Positions 12,273 through 22,534 of a stretch of 64,000 nucleotides of DNA are shown in pieces. The notes under the pieces were generated by a model. The model did not search any database, was not told the DNA's origin, and was given only the letters and a program-made list of their open reading frames with translations. A program made the translations under genes and the position numbers. Numbering within the stretch: position 1 is the stretch's first letter; every line of letters begins with the position of its first letter. This DNA is from Malacoraja senta. Lineage: Eukaryota. The stretch spans positions 8,620,001 through 8,684,000 of the forward strand of contig CM075992.1 of the NCBI GenBank assembly GCA_038087875.1, written 5' to 3'.

Positions 12273-13406
12273 CTGTCCCACCTCGTGTGTGAGAGAGAGG
12301 AAGGTGGACAGTCTGATTGTGCTCCAAGTAGAAAGCACTACCACCTCGAAACTACTCATCCCCACTCACTAACCTCATCCCACCCCATCAAACTTCATCC
12401 CATCCCATCTAACCTCATCCCACCCCATCCCCATCTCACCCCATCCTATCCCACGTCATGCTCAACCCCAGACATCTTCCCACCTCAGCAAACCTCATTA
12501 AACCTCATTCCACCGCATCAAGCCTCATACCCACCTCATCAAATCTCATTAAACCTCATCCCCACCTCATTAAACCTCATCCCACCCCACTTCCATGAAG
12601 TTCCTGCATTTACGTCCAGATCCTCATCGTTCCAGAGCTGTGGGGTCCATCATCCTCCATCCACTATTCAACCCCTCCATAACCTCCCTTCCTGGGCTGT
12701 CATAGCTGTCCCTGGATTCCACCCGGAACCTCTGCCTCCCTCCCACCCTGCTTACCCCCTCCCTAATTCCTTCACTCTGCCTTTGTATCGGGAACAAGCC
12801 GGAGCATCGAGCTGGTGCAGTCCACGGATGTCCAGCGTGGTCAGACCAGGGGCCTGGACATGGGTGAACAGTGAAGGCGGACTCCACTGCTGTGGCCTGC
12901 ACTGGCTCGTCATTATGGGACTTCACGGGGAGCAGAGCAGCTCAGGGCCGTCCCAGGATAGAAGATCATAAGGTCATCAGTGATAGGAGTAGCCCATCAA
13001 GTCTACTCCGCCATTCAATCATGGCTGATCTATCTCTCCCTCCTAATCCCATTCTCCCCATAACCTCTGACACCCGTACTAATCAAGAATCTCTATCTCT
13101 GCCTTAATATCCACTGACGGCCTCCACAGCCTTCTGTGGCAAAGAATTCCACAGATTCACCACCCTCTGACTAAATAAATTCTTCCTCATCTCCTTCCGA
13201 AAAGAACGTCCTTTAATTCTGACCTCTAGTCCTAGACTCTCCCACTAGTGGGAACACCCTCTCCACATCCACTCTATCCTGGCCTTTCACTATTCTGTGT
13301 GTTTCAATGAGGTCCCCCCTCATCTGACTCCCAACAATCCGACCCAGGTGAAGGCTGGCAGGCTGCTCTCCGCCCCGCGGACGGGGTAAGGAGAGCGGGC
13401 AGGTAC

Positions 13407-13526
13407 CGTGATCGTCCTGTCCCAGCAGCGAGAGGGAGCGAGCCACCAAGATGCTGTTGTAGGCGGTCAGGGAGATGATGGATCTCTCCGTCACTTTGTC
13501 CTTCTGTAGAGAAGCCATATCAACCG
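13407..13526 (-). CDS. Gene 1 GAIN exon
   Basis: AVDMASLQKDKVTERSIISLTAYNSILVARSLSLLGQDDH; ccgcag acceptor, gtacct donor, 120 nt, phase 1->1. Confidence 0.8.
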
Positions 13527-13953
13527 CTGCGGGCAAAGGGGACAGGTTACACGTGGTGAGAAGTTGGCAGGTGAGTCAATGGTGAGATGGTGGACAGGTG
13601 AGTCAACGGTGAAGATAGACACAAAACGCTGGAGTAACTCAGCAGGACAGGCAGCATCTCTGGAGAGAAAGAATGGATGACGTTTCGGGTCCAGACCTTT
13701 CTTCAGACTGATGCTGCCTGTCCCGCTGAGTTACTCCAGGATTTTGTGTCTGTCTTCAATTTAAACCAGCATCTGCAGTTCTTTTCTACACATTGCGTCA
13801 ACAGAGAGATGGTGGACAGATGTTGTACAGGTGAACCCAGGTCTCCAGCGCTGCAAGGCAGCAACTCTACCGCTGCGCCACTGTGGCCGTGGGGAGAAGG
13901 CGGGAGAATGGGGTTCGGACGGAGAGAGATGTGGAGTGCGGGGTGTCCCTTAC

Positions 13954-14131
13954 CGATGGTGGATGACAAATAGCGCGTCTTGTTGTTGCGGAGTAGGTTG
14001 AGGGCAACGTCGGCGATGGCAACCTCCATGGCCTGCAGCAAGTGGCCAAGCGCTGCCTGCTGCTGCTTCTTCTCCAGGCGGCCCCATTCCTCCGGGCTGG
14101 CCAACACCGACTGTGAGAAATTACTGAGCGC
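13954..14131 (-). CDS. Gene 1 GAIN subdomain-A helical exon
   Basis: ALSNFSQSVLASPEEWGRLEKKQQQAALGHLLQAMEVAIADVALNL (W..L...Q....LLQ..E pattern of ADGRE GAIN-A); phase 0->1, gtaagg donor. Confidence 0.88.
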
Positions 14132-15362
14132 CTTGAGAGAGGAGGGGCCGTGTTTTAACATGAACATAAAACATTTTATAATCCATCACACTTTGTCTTT
14201 ACGGAATGATTCATATCACAAGGGCAGATATTTTAGAGGAAACAATAATAATGTGGACAAAAATGCTGGAGAAACTCAGCGGGTGAGGCAGCATCTATGG
14301 AGCGAAGGAATAGGTGATGTTTCGGGTCGAGACCCTTCTTCAGGAAACAATGATCAGATTAGATTAGTGTCTTGTGTAAATTATTATTGCAATGAAATTC
14401 ATCAGAATTCTACACCGCATAGAAACATAGACATTAGGTGCAGGAGTAGGCCATTCGGCCCTTCGAGCAAGCACCACCACACAATATGATCATGGCTGAT
14501 CATCCCAAATCATTACCCCGTTCCTGCTTTCTCCCCATATCCCTTGATTCTGTTAGCCCTAAGAGCTAAATCTAACTCTCTTGAAAACTTTGCCCACGCT
14601 TCACTTTCAAATTGTGCCGAGCGCAGAAAGTCTTGGTGCCACAGAGTCACGTGGCCCATCTCGTCCATTAGAACCAAGATGACCCATCATCCTACCCCAG
14701 CCAGAGAGCACTCCTGTACTCTGGTTCAGTCTGAGGAAGGGCCTCGACCCGGAACGTCACCCATTCCTTCTCTCCAGTGATGCTGCCTGTCCCAGCTGAG
14801 TTACTCCAGCATTTTGTGTCAGCCTACTATCTACCTCATTGGTGACCCTCGGACTAAATGTCCAAGACTACGGGTGGTCACGGCGGCGCAGCGGTAGAGT
14901 TGCTGCCTTACAGCGAGGCTGCGTCGGAGACCCTGGTTCGATCCCGACCACCGGTGCTGTCTGTACAGGATTTGTACGTTCTCCACGTTACCTGCGTGGA
15001 TTTTCTCCTAGATCAGCGGTTTCCTCCCACACTCCAAAGATGTCAAGTTTTGAAGGTTAATTGGCTTGGTAAATGTAAAAATTGGCCCGAGTGTGTGTAG
15101 GATAGTGTTAATGTGTTGGGATCGCTGGTCGGCGTGGGCTGAAGGGCCTGTTTCCGCGCTGTATCTCTAACCTAAACTAAACTAGAGGGCATGGCTTTAA
15201 AGTGAGAGGGGCAAAGTTTAAAGGAGGTATAAAGGAGATGATGGTCAGCATGGACTCAATGGGCCGAAGGGCCTGTTTGAATGCTGCATCTCTCACACTA
15301 AATGAATGAAATGGTGCCTGGCCTAAAACTGCTGCAGGATAGTGCGTGCAGAGAGAGCTCAC

Positions 15363-15458
15363 CTCCATTGCAATTCCAGCATCAGAACTGTTGCATGCTT
15401 TGTCCTTGAAGCTTTGAATCTTCTTTACAATGTCTGGGAGCGCAGCCTGCGTGTCCTT
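15363..15458 (-). CDS. Gene 1 stalk/GAIN-A exon (duplicate copy 2)
   Basis: KDTQAALPDIVKKIQSFKDKACNSSDAGIAME; gtgagc donor; phase 0->0; exact acceptor uncertain. Confidence 0.7.
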
Positions 15459-16178
15459 CTTTCGTGTTAGAGGGAACAAAACATGAAACAATTGTAAGAT
15501 TTGTATACAACTTTAAAAATGATAAGGAAGATGGGTGGCACGGAGGCGCAGCGGTAGAGTTGCTGCCTCACAGCGCCGGAGACCCGGGTTCAATCCCGAC
15601 TGCGGGTGCTGTCTGTACAGAGTTTGAACGTTCTCCCTGTGACTTGTGTAAGTTTTGTCCGAAATCTTCGATTTCCACCCACACTCCAAAGACGTACAGG
15701 TTTGCAGGTTAATTGGCTTGGTATTAATGTAAATTGTCTCTAGTGGGTGTAGGGCAGTGCTGGGGATCGCTGGTTAGCGAGGACTCGGTGGGCTGAAGGG
15801 CCTGTTTCCATGCTGTATCTCCAAATTAAACAAAACTAAAATTAAAGGTCTGGTGTAAATTGGCAGCCGGGGAGAGAACACTGATGTCGTGTGTGGGAAG
15901 GAACAGCAGATGCTGGTTTAAACCAAAGGTAGACACAAAATGCTGGAGTAACTCAGCGGGACAGGCAGCATCTCTGGAGAGAAGGAATGGGTGACACTGC
16001 CTGTCCCGCTGAGTTACTCCAGCATTTTGTGTCGAACACTGAAGTTGGTTCACTTATCCTTCCCGTGAAGTTGAAGGATGTTATGGTGATGGTGGTGATG
16101 TTTTTGGCCGATTCAATGTGGCTGAGAATGGAATGTTGCCTCTGTGTAAAGATCCTGCAGGATAGGGTGTCACCTCAC

Positions 16179-16271
16179 CTTGTCCGGTCCTCCTGCGGCA
16201 GATTTGTTGCATGCTTTCTCCTTGAAGCTTCGGGTCTCGTTTACGATGACTTGGATCACGGCCGCATCTAT
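16179..16271 (-). CDS. Gene 1 stalk/GAIN-A exon (duplicate copy 1)
   Basis: IDAAVIQVIVNETRSFKEKACNKSAAGGPDK; catcag acceptor, gtgagg donor, 93 nt, phase 0->0; paralogous to 15363-15458. Confidence 0.7.
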
Positions 16272-18374
16272 CTGATGTTTTAAGGGAAAGGATACATGTA
16301 AGAGGTTTAGACCGAGGATTAGCAGCGAGTCCAAGGATAAGTAGGAGGAGGTGTCTGAGAGTTGTCACGTGGCCCGACCCGAAACGTTAGGAGAAAGGGT
16401 GTCGACCCAAAACGTCACCCATTCCTTCTCTCCAGAGATGCTGCCTGTCCCGCTGAGTTACTCCAGCTGGTTGGGTCCCTTTTGCTGGCCCTGGCATCGG
16501 TTTTGCCCATGCCCATCTTTATCGGCCAGATACATTTGGGCGGCGCGGTGGCGTGGCGGTGGACTCATGGAAACAGACCCTTCGGCCCAACTTGCCCACA
16601 CCGGCCAACATGTCCCAGCTACACTAGTCTCACCTGCCCGCGTTTGGTCCATATCCCTCCAAACCTGTCCTATCCATGTACCTGTCCAACTGTTTCTTAA
16701 ACGTTGGGATAGTCCCAGCCTCAACTACCTGCTCCGCAGCTTGTTCCATACACCCACCACCCCCTGTGTGAAAAAGACACCCCTCAGATTCCCATTAAAT
16801 CTTTTCCCCTTCACCTTGAACTATGTCCTCTGGTCCTCGATTCCCCTATTCTGGGCAAGACACTCTGTGCATCTACCCGATCTATTCCTCTCATGACTTT
16901 GTACACAAACTAGTCACCGTGGAGTTACTGCCTCACAGCACCAGAGATCCAGGTTCGATCCTGACTACGGGTGCTGTCCGTGCGGAGATTGTGCCTTCTC
17001 CCCGTGACCGAGTGGGTTTTCTCCAGGTGCTCTGGTTTCTTCCCACACTCCAAAGACGTGCAGGTTTGAAGGTTAATTGACTTCTGTAACTTATCCCTAG
17101 CGTGTAGGATGGAACGAGTGCATGGGTGATTGTTGGTTGGCCTGGACTCGGTGGGCCGAAGGACCTGTTTCCACAATATATCTCTAAACTAAACTATGCT
17201 AAAGAAGGGAAACACTGAGTGTTAATCACTTCCTTTCTCCCCGTGACCGGCACCCATGCTGCAGATGGTTGCATTGGTGGGGTTTGCATTACAGCACAGG
17301 TCAGAAGCTACTCCTAAAGGTTCAGTACAGCAGCACAGCTGGTAGAGCCTTGCCTCACAGCACCTGAGATCCAGGTTTGATCCTAACCTTGGGCGCTGAC
17401 CATGCGGAGTTTGCATGCTCTCCCTGTGACCGCGTGGATTTTCCCTGGTCTCCTCCCACATCCCAAAGACGTGCGGGTTTGTATGTTAATTGGCCCCCAG
17501 TGTGTAGGGAGTGGATGAGAAAGTGGGATAATGATAACATAGAACTGGTGTGTGAATGAGTGATCGATGGTCGGCACGGAGTCGGTGGGCCGAAGGGCCA
17601 GTTTCCAGGATGTATCTCTGAACTAAATTAAACTAAACTAAAAGGAAGATGAGGGTAGGTGCACAAAGTTGGGGAAGCTCCTGATATTCTGGGCAGAGTA
17701 CCAGATGCTCAAAGCACAATGTGCTGGAAGTACTCAGCAGGTCAGGCAGCATCTGTGGAAGGAATGGATAGATGACGTTTCAGGCCGGGACCCTTCATCA
17801 GACTGGGAGCAGAGAAGATGCTTCAGTCTGAAGAAGCGTCCCGGCTCGAAACGTCACCTGTCCATTCCCTCCACAGATGCTGCCTGACCCGCTGAGTTCC
17901 TCCAGCACTCTGCTTTTTTTCTCCAAATTCCAGCAAATGCAATTCCTTCACTGCTGCTCAATTGGATTAAGAATCAGTGAATTGGTCAGTTGGCATAACA
18001 AGAAGCATGTGTATGTATTCAGGAGAGAGTTGGATTTAGCTCTTAGAGCTAACGGAATCAAGGGCTATGGGGAGAAAGCAGGAACGGGTACTGATTCTGG
18101 ATGATCAGCCATGATGATATTGAATGGCAGTGCTGGCTCGAAGGGCCGAATGGCCTACTCCCATACTTATTGTCTATGTTTCTATGCGTATCGGCGGAGT
18201 GAGCCTTGAGACCGTGAGGAGTGAGTACTGACGGGAGGGGGATCAAATGTTGAGCCGACTGCAACAGGATTCCTTGCACAGCCTCCACTCTAACGGTGGG
18301 GACAGATGCCGGGGCTGTGGGAGGGAAGGATGGGAGCTGGAGAGGTGGTGGGAGAATCGTGGCCATGTTCTCAC

Positions 18375-18442
18375 CTGCCAGGGAGCTTTGGTAGGTTGTT
18401 CCGCAGTGGGATTAATGGTTCCACAGCTGACAGTCGTTTCAT
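18375..18442 (-). CDS. Gene 1 short T/P-rich linker exon
   Basis: DETTVSCGTINPTAEQPTKAPWQ; strong polypyrimidine-ccag acceptor, gtgaga donor. Its phase 1->0 bridges the IgV exon to the GAIN exons. Confidence 0.75.
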
Positions 18443-18509
18443 CTGGAGAACAAAGAAAACATTTTGGATTTAGATTGGGGACGGGATCATTCCCCAGAGC
18501 ACAAACAGA

Positions 18510-18850
18510 GTGGTAAGGGTGGCACAGTGGTTGGGGTGGCACAGTGGTTGGGGTGGCACAGTGGTTGGGGTGGCACAGTGGTAGGGGTGGCACAGTGGTA
18601 GGGGTGGCACAGTGGTAGGGGTGGCACAATGACAGTGGTAGGGTGGCACAGTGGTAGGGGTGGCACAGTGGTAGGGGTGGCACAGTGGTAGGGGTGGCAC
18701 TATGACAGTGGTAGGGGTGGCACAGTGGCAGGGGGCACAGTTACACAGTGGCACAGTGGCATGGTGGTAGGGGTGGCACAGTGACAGTGGTAGGGGTGGA
18801 TCAGTGGCATGGGGCACAATTACAGTGGTAGGGGTGGCACAGTGGCATGG
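18510..18850. repeat. 17-bp G-rich minisatellite (GGGGTGGCACAGTGGTA)n
   Basis: Seen directly. Confidence 0.9.
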
Positions 18851-19111
18851 TGGTCGTGACTGTCAGTGGTCGGAACCAGCTGCGCCACAATGCTGCCCCT
18901 AAAGTTTGAAATTCCGTTGTTAGACCAACCTCCCCTTGGATATCAGGAACGAGGGCAGCATGGTGGCGCAGCGGTAGAGTTGCTGCCTCACAGCGCCACA
19001 GACCCGGGTTCCATCTTGACTACATGTGCTGTCTGTACGGAGTTTGCACGTTCTCCCTGTGACCTGCGCGGGTTTTCTCCGGGTGCTCCGGTTTCCTCCC
19101 ACACTCCAAAG

Positions 19112-19892
19112 ACATAGAAACATAGAAAATAGGTGCAGGTGTAGGCCATTCGGCCCTTCGAGCCTGCACCGCCATTCAATATGATCATGGCTGATCATCC
19201 AACTCAGGATCCTGTACCTGCCTTCTCTCCATACCCGCTGATCCCTTTAGCCACAAGGGCCACATCTAACTCCCTCTTAAATATAGCCAATGAACTGGCC
19301 TCAACTACCTTCTGTGGCAGAGAGTTCCAGAGATTCACCACTCTCTATGTGAAAAATGTTTCTCTCATCTCGGTCCTAAAGGATTTCCCCTTTATCCTTA
19401 AACTGTGACCCCTTGTCCTGGACTTCCCCAACATCGGGAACAATCTTCCTGCATCTAGCCTGTCCAACCCCTTAAGAATTTTGTAAGTTTCTATAAGATC
19501 CCCCCTCAATCTTCTAAATTCTAGCGAGTACAAGCCGAGCCTATCCAGTCTTTCTTCATATGAAAGTCCTGACATCCCAGGAATCAGTCTGGTGAACCTT
19601 CTGGATACTCCCTCTATGGCAAGAATGTCTTTCCTCAGATTTGGAGACCAAAACTGTACGCAATACTCCAGGTGTGGTCTCACCAAGACCCTGTACAACT
19701 GCAGTAGAACCTCCCTGCTCCTATACTCAAATCCTTTTGCTATGAATGCTAACATACCATTCGCTTTCTTCACTGCCTGCTGCACCTGCATGCCTACTTT
19801 TAATGACTGGTGTACCATGACACCCAGGTCTCGTTGCATCTCCCCTTTTCCTAATCGGCCACCATTTAGATAATAGTCTACTTTCCTGTTTT
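19112..19892 (-). mobile_element. Young CR1 LINE 3' portion nested in a SINE
   Basis: ORF 19345-19839 is nearly identical to the C-terminus of the 42324-44024 RT; SINE halves flank it (18955-19110 and 19893 onward). Confidence 0.92.
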
Positions 19893-20186
19893 TACGTACA
19901 GGTTTGTGGGTTAATTGGCTTCAGTAAAATTGTAAATTGTCCCTAGTGTGTGGGATAGTGTGCGGGGATCACTGGTTGGCGCAATTTAGCTGTGGTAAAA
20001 TTGGTGTAGGATTGTGCTCGTGTATGATTGACCGCTGGTCGGCGGAGAACTCGATGGGCCGAAGGGCCCGTTTCCACGCTGTATCTCCACACCCTGTTGT
20101 AAAGGGTGGTTGAGGGGGGGGGGGTGGTGGGGGAGCACGGTAGAAGCTGGGGCACCTTTGCCCCGGAGGTCAAGCATCATACTCAC

Positions 20187-20522
20187 CAGGAGGGGAGACG
20201 GCTATGAGGTTTAGTTCTGTTTTAAGATCATTCCCAAGGCCAGGTACAATGATGCGGCAACAGTATACTCCCTCGTCCTTCTTCTCCAGGTCCTTTATGG
20301 TCAGGGACACATTGCCCTTCCGTAAATCTCCACGCAGTTCATATTTGGAGCTATTTCCAGGGGGGATCGTGCTTGTCGCCTCAAATTGCGGGAAAAGATG
20401 GTTGTAGCAGTCCCACAAAGAGCATTCCCCTCGACCCCAGCAGGTTGTGTACAGTACATTACTGCTGTACGTGCAGGGGAGAGTGACTGAAGACCCCAGT
20501 ACTCCCCTGATCTGTGACTCCT
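20187..20522 (-). CDS. Gene 1 TIM/HAVCR-family IgV domain exon
   Basis: EESQIRGVLGSSVTLPCTYS...TCWGRGECSLWDC...KYELRGDLRKGNVSLTIKDL...DEGVYCCRIIVPGLGNDLK. Six Cys with CWGRG.C and YCCR..PG..ND.K TIM signatures; ttacag/gtgagt, 336 nt, phase 1->1. Confidence 0.95.
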
Positions 20523-22238
20523 CTGTAAAGCAGAAGTGACAGACATTCCCTTCAGTTCAGTTAGAATCATAGAGTCATTACATTACATTGACTTCTCCAA
20601 TTTCAGGTAGTCCTTGCTTTCTCCCTCCTTCCCCTCCCCTTCCCAGCTCACCCAATGCCTACTGTCTCCGCCTCTTCCTTTCTTCTTCCAGCCCCCCACC
20701 ACATCAGTCTGAAGAAGGGTCTCGACCCGAAACGTCACCTATTCCTTCGCTCCACAGATGCTGCCTCACCCGCTGAGTTTCTCCAGCATTTTTATCTACA
20801 TTACATTAAGTGGTTTCACTGCAACCGAGGTTGATTAGTGCCATCTGCATTGTGTAGTTTTACTCAAGGGCAAGCTGGGCGGATGAGCAGTCCTCTCCCA
20901 GCAAGAAAGAAAGAACACAATACACAACAGAAATTAAACATAACACACAAAACATCCACCACAGTGGGACCAGCACTTGCTGCTGTGATGGAAGGCACAA
21001 GCGTTCAGTCAGTCAGTCTTCCTCGTTCTGTGGACCTGTGGTCAGGGCCCTGAACCCTCCGCTGTCGCCACTATGGACGGCCCCATGTACAGGCCCTCTC
21101 GCCGGGACGATGGACACTCCGACGTCGGGACGGATCGGGAACACCCAATGGCTCGGAATTCCCGAATCGACGGCTTCGCGATGCCAAGTCCACAGGCCCA
21201 GCGGTCGGGGCACCTATTCAGGTAATCCTCGTCGAAGGCCGCAGGCAGCTCCACGATGGTAAAGTCTGTGCCGAGATGGCTCAGGTATGATGTGACGATA
21301 ATTGAGATGTGTTTTTTCATCAATGTTTCTAATGTATAGTAAACCCTTGTTATAATGGACCATGGGGGGATGATTGATTGTCCGTTATTGCCGGTTGTCC
21401 GCTATAACAGAGTAAGGGATTACAAAGTGTAGGAAGGAACTGCAGATGCTGGTTTAAACCGAAGATAGACACAAAAAGCTGGAGTAACTCAGCGGGACAG
21501 GCAGCATTACTGGAGAGAAGGAATGGGTGACGTTTCAGCAGTGGCTCCGAGTCGCCAGTCTTCGAGCAGGGCTTGCAGCTGCCCATCTTCAGCAAGATCT
21601 CAGTGTCGGACTGAGGGGAGGGGGGTGGAGGTGGAGGACTGCCGGCCAACCCGGCGAAACAGGCAGAGCCGAGCTGGAACCAGCGGCTACAAGTCCGGGG
21701 CTTCCCCGCCAGCCCAGGGCCACCCCAGACACATCCAGACAGCGACGGGACACCAGGGAGGGGACGGAGACAGCCCAGCTGCAACTCAACAGCTGCCGCA
21801 GCGACGGAGAGCCAACCCCGACCTCCGCAACGCAAACGCAAGCCTGCACACAATGCAGCACCACCGTTGCCAAGACTGTTTTATAGCTAGTGACTATAGT
21901 ATATATTATCTTTTATATTAAATGTATCTTGTATAATCTTGTATTGAAAAGAAGAATCTTAAAAAGTAGTTTGATTAGGCAGTGGGACTTTTTCTCGAGG
22001 CCACAGGCCATTTGCTCTTTCTCGATGTCACATTCCTGTGAAGTGCTGTAAAGACATGGCTCAGGGTTTATGACTGTTTATACTAGTCCAAGACAACAAG
22101 GCTGGAAAGATAATAGATTCTGTGATTCAATCTTTTGTTACGTTTAATTATACTTATGTTGAGATAAGAGATAAGACATGCTAGTGACCAGTATCTTTGC
22201 TAGTGACCTATGACCTGGACATGTGCAGTCGGAATACC

Positions 22239-22376
22239 TTCTTCTTCTTGCGTATGGCGTGCACAGCCTAAAGTTGTAAGACAACTTGTTCTGTTTGATT
22301 TTTTGTTTGTGCACGTCAGGTTGATTGCATTCGTTGAAACAGGGTGGACCACGTGAAGGTTGCAATCTCCCACCCT
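22239..22376 (-). mobile_element. 138-bp non-autonomous retroelement with (GAA)n tail and 12-bp TSD
   Basis: TSD AGTCGGAATACC at 22227-22238 and 22377-22388; 3' stem-loops; no obvious pol III A/B boxes. Confidence 0.85.
22323..22376 (-). ncRNA. Minimal HDV-like self-cleaving ribozyme (predicted)
   Basis: P1 AGGGTGG/CCACCCT, P2 GATTGCA/TGCAATC, P3 ACC/GGT, L3 TTCACGT, very short P4, J4/2 CGAA. All elements are in HDV order. Confidence 0.75.
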
Positions 22377-22489
22377 AGTCGGAATACCCAACTCGCTTAT
22401 TAAAATGATTTAAAACAACCCCAGAATGTTGATCATAGTTTGGCATCGAGGAAGGTTAGCACAGATGTGGGGACAATCATTCAACTCAC

Positions 22490-22534
22490 CAGATTGAAGA
22501 ATGTGTTCAATGCAAATGATCAAATAGAAAATAG
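22490..22534 (-). CDS. Gene 1 signal peptide exon 2
   Basis: AIFYLIICIEHILQS; tttttctag acceptor, gtgagt donor, 45 nt, phase 1->1. Confidence 0.72.

Noticed and set aside
12755..12855. Candidate exon APGLTTLDIRG...
   Set aside because: The flanking GAIN exons already join in phase and no family motif is recognisable.
14875..14950. tRNA genes at A/B-box sequences
   Set aside because: All continue into a SINE body and tail; no complete cloverleaf was evident.
17225..17312. Cys-containing candidate exon (GVASDLCCNANPTNATICSM or LLTCAVMQTPPMQPSAAW)
   Set aside because: Phase mismatch in one frame and a weak donor in the other; not needed for the model. It could be a relic exon.
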